Shown in pieces: positions 31,374 through 40,161 of a DNA stretch of 64,000 bases. Where the stretch lies: positions 1,103,497 through 1,167,496 of the forward strand of contig JBAZNR010000001.1 of NCBI GenBank assembly GCA_041649175.1. Direction: 5' to 3'. Made by a program: the position numbers and the translations under genes. This DNA comes from Candidatus Omnitrophota bacterium. GTDB taxonomy: Bacteria; Omnitrophota; Gorgyraeia; Zapsychrales; JBAZNR01. Every line of letters begins with the position of its first letter. Positions within the stretch are counted from its first letter, which is position 1. The notes below the pieces were generated by a model, which saw nothing but the letters and a program-made list of their open reading frames with translations, had not been told where the DNA came from and ran no database searches.

Positions 31374-32462
31374 ATGCGCGAGATCAGGCGGTCACTGGCT
31401 ATTTTAACGGTTATTTTAGTCTGCGTAGGGATCATTATGATCTTTAGCGCCAGCAGTATCTATGCTTTACAACAGCTAAAAGACAGCGCTTATTTCTTGA
31501 AGCGGCATTTATTATTTCTCACAATGGGTTTGCCGCTTATGCTCTTGGTAATGGCGATCGATTATCGGGAACTGCGCAAATATGCCAAGCCGATCCTGAT
31601 GGTCGCGATTTTCTTGCTGATCTTGGTTCTTATCCCTGGAATTGGGAAAGAAAGTAACGGTGCCCGGCGTTGGTTTAAGGTTTTTGGTTTAAGTTTTCAG
31701 CCGTCAGAATTCGCTAAGATTGCCGTATTGATCTATGTTGCTGATTTTCTGGCGCGCAAACAGACAAAGATCCGCGATCTGGTTGAAGGGTTTTTGCCGC
31801 TTGTTTTTATGCTAGGCATTGTTTGCTTGCCGATCTTAAAACAGCCGGATCTAGGAACGTCCGTTTCTATCGCTTGCGTTGTCTTTGTTCTGATGTTTGT
31901 TGCCGGCGCGAGGATCTCTCATCTTAGCCTTGTCGGGCTCATGTCTTTACCGCTTATTTATCTTCTGATCGTCCGAGTTCCGTATCGTTTAACAAGGATC
32001 TTGGCGTTTCTTAATCCGTGGGGCGATAGCCAAGGAATAGGTTTTCAACTGACGCAATCGCAAATTGCTCTTGGATCAGGAGGGATTCTTGGCGTTGGTT
32101 TAGGGCAAAGCATGCAGAAACTTTTTTATTTACCGGCGGCGCATACCGATTTTATTCTGTCCATTATTGGCGAAGAACTAGGATTGGTTGGGACATTAAC
32201 GGTTGTTGTCTTATTCATGCTTTTTATCTGGCAAGGTGCCAGGATCGCCAAGAGAACAGAAGAAAGCTTTGGTTATTTTTTAAGCGTCGGCATCGTGGCC
32301 ATGCTGGGGTTACAAGCCGTTGTTAATGTCGGCGTCAGCATCGGAGCTTTGCCAACAAAGGGATTGCCGATGCCGTTCATTAGCTATGGAGGTTCGGCGT
32401 TGATTTTTAATCTTATTGCTGTTGCGTTATTGCTTAACATTTCCCGCACCCAAGAATCATGA
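31374..32462 (+). CDS. ftsW: SEDS peptidoglycan glycosyltransferase FtsW
   Basis: 10-TM SEDS topology and the conserved LPLPFISYGGSAL block. Confidence 0.85.
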   Translation: MREIRRSLAILTVILVCVGIIMIFSASSIYALQQLKDSAYFLKRHLLFLTMGLPLMLLVMAIDYRELRKYAKPILMVAIFLLILVLIPGIGKESNGARRWFKVFGLSFQPSEFAKIAVLIYVADFLARKQTKIRDLVEGFLPLVFMLGIVCLPILKQPDLGTSVSIACVVFVLMFVAGARISHLSLVGLMSLPLIYLLIVRVPYRLTRILAFLNPWGDSQGIGFQLTQSQIALGSGGILGVGLGQSMQKLFYLPAAHTDFILSIIGEELGLVGTLTVVVLFMLFIWQGARIAKRTEESFGYFLSVGIVAMLGLQAVVNVGVSIGALPTKGLPMPFISYGGSALIFNLIAVALLLNISRTQES

Positions 32463-33535
32463 AAATTATTATTGCGACAGGCGGTAGCGGCGGCCATGTT
32501 TTTCCGGCATTAAGCGTTGCCATTGAGCTAAGAAGCCGGGGGCATGAGATTGTCTTTTTGGGAACCCCGGGGTTGGCTGCGGAGAAAATAGAAAAAAATA
32601 ATTTTAGGTTTGTCGGGCTTTGCGCCAAGGGAATAGCTTACCGGTCTTTGGCTTCTTTTTTTGTTTCCATCAATTGTATGTTGACGGCAACCGGGCAGGC
32701 ACTTCGATTCCTTAAGGAATTCAAGCCTGATGTTGTTGCCGGATTTGGCGGTTATGGAGCTTTTCCGACGGTTGCGGCGGCATTTCTTTTGCGTTGTCCG
32801 ACATTAATCCATGAGCAAAATGTTGTTCCGGGCAAGGCTAATTACTTATTGTCAAAGTTTTCCAAACGTGTGGCGGTTAGTTTTGCGGAAAGCCGGAGAT
32901 ATTTTAATCAAAAAAAAGTTGTGTTAACCGGATGTCCGTGCCGTAAGAAGCCAAATGAGTTGCCGCGTGAGGAAATTCTGCGAAAATTTAATCTTTCTCC
33001 TGATAAACCGATTATACTAATTGTTGGAGGAAGTCAGGGAAGCCGCAGGATCAACAAAGATTTCTTTGAAGCGGCTATTTTGCTTAAAGAAAGCCTTGAT
33101 TTTCAAATTATCCATATTTCCGGGAAAAAAGACTATGAAGACCTGAAAGCGAGCTATGAGCGTTCGGGGATGCATTTTTGCCTTTTTGATTTTCTCGATG
33201 AGATCGATTTAGCGTATATGGCAAGCGACCTGGTTATTTGCCGGGCCGGGGCGATGACGATCAATGAAGTTGCTCTTTTTAGGCTCCCGGCGGTCCTTAT
33301 TCCTTATCCGTTTGCCGGCGGCCATCAAAAAGAAAATGCCAAAGTTCTTTGCCGGGCACAAATAGCGCAAATGATCGAAGAGCATGAATTAACGCCTGAG
33401 CGCTTAAGAGCGGTTATCCTAGAGTTGCTGACAAGAAGAATAAAGAAAGAGGAAATTGCATTGCGGGCAGAGAAATTCTTTTATGCGGATAGCGCCATTC
33501 GCTTAGCCAACGAGATAGAGTTAATTAAAGAATGA
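32459..33535 (+). CDS. murG: UDP-N-acetylglucosamine--N-acetylmuramyl-(pentapeptide) pyrophosphoryl-undecaprenol GlcNAc transferase
   Basis: IIIATGGSGGHVFPALSVA N-terminus, GT28 fold. Confidence 0.85.
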   Translation: MKIIIATGGSGGHVFPALSVAIELRSRGHEIVFLGTPGLAAEKIEKNNFRFVGLCAKGIAYRSLASFFVSINCMLTATGQALRFLKEFKPDVVAGFGGYGAFPTVAAAFLLRCPTLIHEQNVVPGKANYLLSKFSKRVAVSFAESRRYFNQKKVVLTGCPCRKKPNELPREEILRKFNLSPDKPIILIVGGSQGSRRINKDFFEAAILLKESLDFQIIHISGKKDYEDLKASYERSGMHFCLFDFLDEIDLAYMASDLVICRAGAMTINEVALFRLPAVLIPYPFAGGHQKENAKVLCRAQIAQMIEEHELTPERLRAVILELLTRRIKKEEIALRAEKFFYADSAIRLANEIELIKE

Positions 33536-34311
33536 ACATAAAAGTTTTGATCATCTCGGCCGCGATCTTCTTTGGATTTTCTGCCGCGGCTTTTTCCGAT
33601 AATAATTGGCAGGAGTACCGTTGCCAGCATTTCATTATTTATTACAAGGATGTTCCGCAGGATTTCTTGAAAAGTGTGGAAGAGATGGCGGAATATTATT
33701 ATCAGGAGATCACAAAGAATTTAGGATTTATTCGTTATGAAAATTGGTCGTGGGATAAGAGAGCAAAGATTTATATTTATAATGACGCGCAAAACTACAT
33801 TGATGAGGGAAGGCAAGCCGGCTGGTCGCATGGCTCGGCGTCGTTTAGCGAGAAGATCATCCGCACATTTCCGACAGCTGCCGGATTTTTTGATTCAACT
33901 CTTCCGCACGAACTAGGGCATATTATTTTCAGGGAATTTGTTGGTTTTAAAGCCGATGTTCCTTTGTGGATGGATGAGGGGATAGCGATGTATCAAGAAA
34001 AAGCGAAGCGTTGGGGCGTTAATGATTTTGTCAGAAAAGCGATCGAAGAAAAAAGATTTGTTTCTTTAAAAGAACTTTCAGAAATGCAGCTAAATTCTAA
34101 TACGGACCGAGACACGATCGATCTTTTTTATGCTGAGTCGGCGAGCGTTGTTTATTACTTGATCACCGAGGCGGGTGAATATAAATTTGTTAATTTCTGC
34201 CGGGCCTTAAAAGAAGGCAGACGTTTTAATGATGCCCTTAGATCTGTTTATATGCGCTTTAAGGATCTGGAAGAGCTAAATAAGGCGTGGGTAACGTATC
34301 TTAATAACTAA
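33532..34311 (+). CDS. Secreted protein with an HExxH...E gluzincin-type motif. A putative zinc metallopeptidase inserted between murG and murC
   Basis: Signal peptide. LPHELGHIIF, followed about 20 aa later by WMDEGIAMY (candidate third ligand). Translationally coupled to murG (overlap) and 2 nt upstream of murC. Confidence 0.5.
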   Translation: MNIKVLIISAAIFFGFSAAAFSDNNWQEYRCQHFIIYYKDVPQDFLKSVEEMAEYYYQEITKNLGFIRYENWSWDKRAKIYIYNDAQNYIDEGRQAGWSHGSASFSEKIIRTFPTAAGFFDSTLPHELGHIIFREFVGFKADVPLWMDEGIAMYQEKAKRWGVNDFVRKAIEEKRFVSLKELSEMQLNSNTDRDTIDLFYAESASVVYYLITEAGEYKFVNFCRALKEGRRFNDALRSVYMRFKDLEELNKAWVTYLNN

Positions 34312-34312
34312 A

Positions 34313-35692
34313 ATGAAACATTACCATTTTATTGGAATTGGCGGCGTTGGAATGGGGGCTATTGCCTTGCTGTTGGTTGGCAAAGGCGAAAAAGTCAGCG
34401 GTTCTGACTTAAAGGAAAGCCCACTGACCTTAAGGCTTCGCGAAAGCGGGGCGCAAGTTTTCTTAGAGCACGATGCAAAACATGTGCAACATCCGGATTT
34501 TGTCATTTACTCGTCAGCCATTGATGAGAATAATCCGGAGCTTGTCGCCGCGAAGCAGAAGAATATTCCAATTTTAAAACGCGCCCAGATGCTGGCGATC
34601 TTAATGAAAGATAAAAGATCTGTTACGGTTGGCGGCGCTCACGGAAAAACGACCACAACATCAATGATCGCTAATTTGCTGATCAATGCAGGGCTGCATC
34701 CTACCACGGCTGTCGGCGGAATTATCAACGGAACGACGAATAATGCCAGCCTCGGTGACGGGGAGTATTTTGTGGCCGAGGTTGATGAAAGCGACGGCTC
34801 CTTTCTGTATTTTGATCCATTTTATTCCGTGATCACGAACATTGATTTTGAACACGTTGATTATTATCACAATTGGGAAAATATTCTGCGTGCCTATCAA
34901 GAGTTTGTGATGCGTACACAGCCCGGCGGCCATCTTTTTATCTGCGGGGAAGATGAGCGCCTGGTGAAGATCTTAAAAGAAAGCGGCCGCGTTTTTTCAA
35001 CATATGGTTTCTCGCGTTCCCATGATCTGGCCGCTGAAAATATCCAGTATGGCGGATATTCGTCTCAGTTTGATTGTTTTACCAAAGATAAAAAGATCGG
35101 TTCTGTGCATCTTAAGGTTCCAGGAAAACATAATGTTTTAAATGCCTTGGCTTGTATCGGTGTAGGGTTAAAGCTTGGAATTGATTTTTCTCTGATTCGA
35201 AAAAGCCTCGATGAGTTTAGCGGTGTCCAGCGGCGTATGCAGCTTAAAGCTGATGCTGGCAATATTCTTGTACTGGATGATTATGGGCATCATCCAACCG
35301 AAATTGCGGCAACGATGGAAGCCGCAAAGTCTTTTGGAAAAAAACGCCTGATCGTCGTTTTTCAGCCGCATCGCTATACGCGGACTAAATTCCTTATGGA
35401 AGAATTTGTTAAAGCATTAGGCGCGTGCGACCATCTCGTATTGACGGATATTTATGCGGCGAGTGAAAAACCCATGGAAGGGGTTAATTCTCAAGTTCTG
35501 TTTGATAAAATAAGGTCAAATGGGCGGTCTGCGGTGTATTTGAAAAAGGATGAAATAGCTTCCTATCTTATTAATTTTGTTGAGCCCGGTGACTTGGTCT
35601 TAACTGTCGGCGCCGGAGATATCGGGCGTATTTCAGAAGATTTCTCGCAAAAACTTAAAACGGTAAAGAAAGAGTGCATTCATAATGCCTGA
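34313..35692 (+). CDS. murC: UDP-N-acetylmuramate--L-alanine ligase
   Basis: HFIGIGGVGMGAIA N-terminus and P-loop GGAHGKTTTTSM. Confidence 0.9.
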   Translation: MKHYHFIGIGGVGMGAIALLLVGKGEKVSGSDLKESPLTLRLRESGAQVFLEHDAKHVQHPDFVIYSSAIDENNPELVAAKQKNIPILKRAQMLAILMKDKRSVTVGGAHGKTTTTSMIANLLINAGLHPTTAVGGIINGTTNNASLGDGEYFVAEVDESDGSFLYFDPFYSVITNIDFEHVDYYHNWENILRAYQEFVMRTQPGGHLFICGEDERLVKILKESGRVFSTYGFSRSHDLAAENIQYGGYSSQFDCFTKDKKIGSVHLKVPGKHNVLNALACIGVGLKLGIDFSLIRKSLDEFSGVQRRMQLKADAGNILVLDDYGHHPTEIAATMEAAKSFGKKRLIVVFQPHRYTRTKFLMEEFVKALGACDHLVLTDIYAASEKPMEGVNSQVLFDKIRSNGRSAVYLKKDEIASYLINFVEPGDLVLTVGAGDIGRISEDFSQKLKTVKKECIHNA

Positions 35693-36632
35693 AGTTAGTT
35701 CTGCCGCGCTAGGCCGGATCGGTGTTTTGATGGGAGGATATTCGTCCGAGAGAGAAATATCTCTTAGGTCCGGACGAGCTATTCTGGAAGCTTTAAAGAA
35801 TTCCGGCTGTTCGGTCGAGGGAATTGACATTGCCTCTCATGAGAAGCATGTCATTGTCGAATTGATCAAAAAGTCTTCCATTAATGTTGCGTTCATCGCT
35901 TTGCACGGTAAGCTCGGAGAAGACGGGGCTATCCAGCAGATCCTCGAGGAATTAAAAATTCCTTATACCGGATCCGGCGTTGAAGCAAGCCGCTTGGCGA
36001 TCAATAAGGCTGTGTCGCAAAATATTTTTAAAAAGAATAATATTCCCGTTCCGGAACATGTTATTATCTCCGGTAGTATAAAAGCATCTGAGGATGATCT
36101 TGTTAAGTGCTTAGGCGGCCTTCCGGTTGTGGTTAAACCGGCTTTGGAAGGGTCGAGCATTGGCATTACGATCGTTACTGATAAAGCGAAATTAGCTTTA
36201 GCCTTACAAGAAGCTCTAAAATTTGGCCCGGATATCATTGTTGAACGTTATGTTAAAGGGCGAGAATTAACCGTCGGTATATTAGATGATCAGGCCTTGC
36301 CGGTCATTGAAATAAAACCGCAAAATCCATTTTTTGATTTTTCAGCGAAATATCAAGCAGGAACAACGCAGTATCTTATTCCCGCGCCTATTGCGCCGGA
36401 ATTAAGCCGTAAGGTCCAAGAGATCGCGCTGAAGGCATATCAGGTTTTAGGCTGTCGCCATCTATCGCGGGTTGATGTGATGATCGATGCAAAAGACAAT
36501 CCGTATGTTTTGGAGATCAATACCATCCCGGGCTTTACTTCAACGAGTCTTTTACCGAAAGCGGCTAAGATCTCGGGGATCGACTTTTCACAGCTATGTT
36601 TAAGATTGGTTTCTTTGGCTTATGAAAAATAA
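35685..36632 (+). CDS. ddl: D-alanine--D-alanine ligase
   Basis: ATP-grasp fold with RIGVLMGGYSSEREISLRSG...ALHGKLGEDG and a C-terminal EINTIPG block. Confidence 0.9.
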   Translation: MPEVSSAALGRIGVLMGGYSSEREISLRSGRAILEALKNSGCSVEGIDIASHEKHVIVELIKKSSINVAFIALHGKLGEDGAIQQILEELKIPYTGSGVEASRLAINKAVSQNIFKKNNIPVPEHVIISGSIKASEDDLVKCLGGLPVVVKPALEGSSIGITIVTDKAKLALALQEALKFGPDIIVERYVKGRELTVGILDDQALPVIEIKPQNPFFDFSAKYQAGTTQYLIPAPIAPELSRKVQEIALKAYQVLGCRHLSRVDVMIDAKDNPYVLEINTIPGFTSTSLLPKAAKISGIDFSQLCLRLVSLAYEK

Positions 36633-37383
36633 GAATACAAAATCAAAATCATCTTTTAAGATCCTTCCGGCGATCATTATTCTCGTTTTTTTTGCTTTCT
36701 TCGGATTTGTTGTCTATAAAAGTGTTATTTCATTCTTTGAATCATCAAGTTATTTTACTATTAGAAGCGTTATGTATCCGCCGTCGTTAAAATTCATTGA
36801 GACAAGCGAGATCCCCGCAAGCTTAAAAGGAAAAAATATCCTTAAGCTCGATATCAATAAATTGCAAAAACAACTTCAGGTGAAGTATCCACAGTTCGGG
36901 CAACTTAGGATCGTCAAACGTTTTCCTGACCGTATTTTGGTCATTGCCAAAGAACGCATTCCGTTTGCGCGGGTCCAATCCGGGACACATAGGCTCGCTG
37001 TCGACAGGGACGGTGTTGTGTTGTCAAAATCCTGGGATGATAGCGGTGATCTGCCGGTCATCTCCGGGATCAATCTGCCTAAGTCGCGGATCAGCTTAGG
37101 AGCTATCATTAGGACGGCTGACTTGCAGGTTGCGCTACGGATCATTGCATTTTTCCGGGTTAATAAAACATTGGCTTTTTACGGAATTTCTAAAATGGAT
37201 GTTTCAAATCTTTCGCAGATCTCTTGCTATCTGAGCAACGATATCAAAATTATTCTTGATGAAGATGACGTTTATCGAAAATTACGCACGCTCATCCTTG
37301 TCTTGTCGCAAGCAAAAAAAGAGTTACCGGATGTTAAATACATTGATTTGAGGTTTAAGGAGCCTATCGTCGGAAAAAAATGA
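36622..37383 (+). CDS. ftsQ: Cell division protein FtsQ (POTRA domain)
   Basis: N-terminal TM, a POTRA-like beta/alpha region, and position between ddl and ftsA. Confidence 0.7.
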   Translation: MKNKNTKSKSSFKILPAIIILVFFAFFGFVVYKSVISFFESSSYFTIRSVMYPPSLKFIETSEIPASLKGKNILKLDINKLQKQLQVKYPQFGQLRIVKRFPDRILVIAKERIPFARVQSGTHRLAVDRDGVVLSKSWDDSGDLPVISGINLPKSRISLGAIIRTADLQVALRIIAFFRVNKTLAFYGISKMDVSNLSQISCYLSNDIKIILDEDDVYRKLRTLILVLSQAKKELPDVKYIDLRFKEPIVGKK

Positions 37384-38606
37384 TGAGAGAAAGAATATAT
37401 TGCGGGTTGGACCTTGGGTCCCAATCTATTAAATCTAGCGCGGTTAAGACGCGCTCAGGCGGCCATGCGGAAATTTTAGGGGTCCATGAGTCACCGACGG
37501 TTGGCTTAAAGAAAACTTCCATTGCGGACTTAAATGAGCTTTCGGAAGCCATTCATCAGAATCTAAAAAATCTTGCTAAGAAAATTAATCTTAAAATAAA
37601 AGATATTCAGTTAGGGATTGGCGGGCATTTTATCGAGTCGCGTTATAGCCACGCGGTCGTGCCTTTATTAGATAAGGGCGGCAAGGCGATAACCCGCGGT
37701 GATATCAGAAATGTTAACCAGCATGCGCGTCTTCTAGGGATCAAGATGGAAGAAGAAATGCTGCATGATTTCCCGCAGAATTATACCGTGGATGATATCA
37801 TCAACACATCGTCTGATCCCCTGGGGTTATATGGGCGTAAGCTCGGTGTTAATTCACTTTTGATCTTTACCAAAGTTGCTTTAGCCAGCAATATTATTCG
37901 TGCGGTTAATCAAGTTGGTTTTGAGGCTTCTCGGATGACATTTTCCAGCCTTTGCTGTGCCCAGCATGTTTTAAATAAAAAATCAAGAAATGACGGGTGT
38001 ATTTTTATTGATGTCGGCGCAAGTACGGCGGATATTCTTATTTTTAAAGATAATGTGCTACGCCAAATTGATATTATTCATTTAGGCGGTGATCATGTTA
38101 CCAAGAATATTGCCCAGTCACTTAACCTTCCTTTTGATTTAGCCGAAGACATCAAGAAATCATACGCGGTAGCCCTAGCGGATGATGCCAAGAAAACGGG
38201 AGAGATCTTAATTAAACGTGACGCAAATTACATGCCTATCCGCCGGGAAAAAATTTATGAAGCCATTGAGCCGGAAATCACAAAACTGGTGAACGCCATT
38301 TCGAACACAATCCAATCTTCGGGATTGTCCGACAAATTGGCGGGCGGCATTGTTGTCGGTGGGGGCGGAGCGTTATTGCCGGGATTTATTGAGCGTGTCG
38401 AGGAAACAACAAAAATGGCGTCAATGATGGGGCGTATCGGCGCGGCTGCTTCGGGCGTGAACAATGCGGTTGTTTTTGGCGCGGCGATCAGTTTAGCTCA
38501 AGGAGCAACGTCAAGGCTTGCTGATTTTTCTGTCTCGCCTCAACCCCGCGGTCATGTTAAAAATGTTTTTCACCGTATCCGCGAGCTTTATGAGGAATAC
38601 TTCTAG
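37380..38606 (+). CDS. ftsA: Cell division protein FtsA (actin-like ATPase)
   Basis: GLDLGSQSIK phosphate-1 motif, DVGASTADI and GGGALLPG motifs. Confidence 0.85.
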   Translation: MMRERIYCGLDLGSQSIKSSAVKTRSGGHAEILGVHESPTVGLKKTSIADLNELSEAIHQNLKNLAKKINLKIKDIQLGIGGHFIESRYSHAVVPLLDKGGKAITRGDIRNVNQHARLLGIKMEEEMLHDFPQNYTVDDIINTSSDPLGLYGRKLGVNSLLIFTKVALASNIIRAVNQVGFEASRMTFSSLCCAQHVLNKKSRNDGCIFIDVGASTADILIFKDNVLRQIDIIHLGGDHVTKNIAQSLNLPFDLAEDIKKSYAVALADDAKKTGEILIKRDANYMPIRREKIYEAIEPEITKLVNAISNTIQSSGLSDKLAGGIVVGGGGALLPGFIERVEETTKMASMMGRIGAAASGVNNAVVFGAAISLAQGATSRLADFSVSPQPRGHVKNVFHRIRELYEEYF

Positions 38607-38618
38607 AAGTGAATGTTT

Positions 38619-38960
38619 TTAAGAATTTCGGTGTTTGGTCAGATTGAAATTGATCTCTTTAAGATTTGAGTTCATTCGCAGGATCCCGTTAAAAACATAA
38701 AGCATCCAGAATGAATTAAGCAAGATCAAGAGGGCGATCAAAAGCATTCCTCCCATCTGCAGGAAAAGTAATTGTTCGATCGTGGTCCCGCCAAGCGCTA
38801 TATGGCTTAGATCAATGGCTTTGAGCGTTACGATAAAAAGTCCGATAAAAATAAATACTAGAAAAATTTCAAAGAACAGGATATAGAAATGGCGCACCAT
38901 CCATTTTGCCATTCGGTTATCCCAATATCTGACCTTGGACATAAAGTCGTTAAATGTCAT
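38619..38960 (-). CDS. Hypothetical small integral membrane protein
   Basis: Three predicted TM helices. Tightly packed against zupT on the - strand. No recognisable family. Confidence 0.35.
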   Translation of the reverse strand: MTFNDFMSKVRYWDNRMAKWMVRHFYILFFEIFLVFIFIGLFIVTLKAIDLSHIALGGTTIEQLLFLQMGGMLLIALLILLNSFWMLYVFNGILRMNSNLKEINFNLTKHRNS

Positions 38961-38972
38961 GAGCTCTCCTTT

Positions 38973-39746
38973 TTAATGGGCAATTTGATTTAAGACCGTT
39001 GATATAAAAAGCATGCCAACAAGGCCCAACATGGTTCCCCAGGCGGCAATAGATTTATTGCCTTCGCGCAGGGCATCGGGAATTAATTCCGAAATAACCA
39101 GATAGATCATAGCGCCTCCCGCAAATCCTAATCCAATAGGAAGAAGCGGTTCGAAAAACCAGGCGATCATTGCTGAAGGGACGGCCATGATCGGTTGCGG
39201 AGCGCTGGAGAGAATTGAATACCAGGCGCAGCGCGCTGTCGAAACTCCGTCTTGTTTGAGCGGAAGAGAAATGGCAATGCCTTCGGGAATATTGTGCACC
39301 GAAATGGCAATGGCCATGATCAATCCAAAGGTAAAATTTCCCGTCGCAAATCCGACGCCGATAGCGATGCCTTCGGGGATAGAATGAACGAACATGGCTA
39401 AGAAAATAAGGTAGCCGCGCTTGCTTAAGTCTTTGGCAAAATGGTGTTCGGAGTTATCGTTGGCAAATTTCTTGTCGTAGAACCAAAAAAAAGCGGCGCC
39501 CAAAAGCAGCCCGATCATAACAATATATGGCGCTGCGGGAAATTTAGTTTTAAGAGCAATGCCTTCTTGGGCTAGAGAGAAAACAGATGCCGAGATCATC
39601 ATTCCGGCGGCAATGGCAGAGGCGTAAGCGCGGATCGATTTAGAGCCTGCCTGGATAAAATGAACCGGGATAGCGCCTAATCCTGTGGCCAGGGCGCTGA
39701 TAATTCCGGTAAAGGCAGTCCAAAGAATTACAGAGGATTGATCCAT
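38973..39746 (-). CDS. zupT: ZIP-family zinc/metal transporter
   Basis: HSIPEGIAIG and HNIPEGIAIS signature motifs. 8 TM. Confidence 0.8.
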   Translation of the reverse strand: MDQSSVILWTAFTGIISALATGLGAIPVHFIQAGSKSIRAYASAIAAGMMISASVFSLAQEGIALKTKFPAAPYIVMIGLLLGAAFFWFYDKKFANDNSEHHFAKDLSKRGYLIFLAMFVHSIPEGIAIGVGFATGNFTFGLIMAIAISVHNIPEGIAISLPLKQDGVSTARCAWYSILSSAPQPIMAVPSAMIAWFFEPLLPIGLGFAGGAMIYLVISELIPDALREGNKSIAAWGTMLGLVGMLFISTVLNQIAH

Positions 39747-39932
39747 AAGAATATTTTGATGGTAACACAGGGAAAAAGGAAATAAAAGAGAAAATTTCTC
39801 AACATTGAGCGTGAAAAAAATAAAATAAGTTTACAGAGAAATATTTTTTTGTTTTGTTTGAGCGTCTTGCGTTTTAATAAAGCGCTGATATAATAACGGT
39901 GCACTATTTGATATTTTGAGATCTAAAAGATT

Positions 39933-40049
39933 GCGCCCATAGCTCAATGGCTCCGACGCTTTAATAATGTATTAAAGGTCGGAGTCCCGACTTTCCATTT
40001 TTTTAGCTGAGAACGTCGGGAATAGAGCATTTGGCTTCGGATTTTAATA
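39933..40049 (+). pseudogene. Disrupted 5'-half copy of tRNA-Arg: positions 1-18 and 19-38 of the downstream gene, split by a 71-nt double-hairpin insert. No 3' half
   Basis: GCGCCCATAGCTCAATGG[71 nt]ATAGAGCATTTGGCTTCGGA is identical to the first 38 nt of the intact tRNA at 40059. The insert holds the hairpins CTCCGAC...GTCGGAG and TCCCGAC...GTCGGGA. Confidence 0.45.
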
Positions 40050-40058
40050 GGACTTTAT

Positions 40059-40131
40059 GCGCCCATAGCTCAATGGATAGAGCATTTGGCTTCGGACCAA
40101 AGGGTTGGGGGTTCGACTCCCTCTGGGCGCG
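40059..40131 (+). tRNA. tRNA-Arg (anticodon TCG)
   Basis: Cloverleaf: acceptor GCGCCCA/TGGGCGC, D-arm GCTC-AATGGATA-GAGC, anticodon stem TTTGG/CCAAA with loop CTTCGGA, T-arm GGGGG-TTCGACT-CCCTC. 73 nt, no encoded CCA. Confidence 0.85.
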
Positions 40132-40161
40132 TTTAATTTCTGATAGGCCCTTTAAAAAGGT

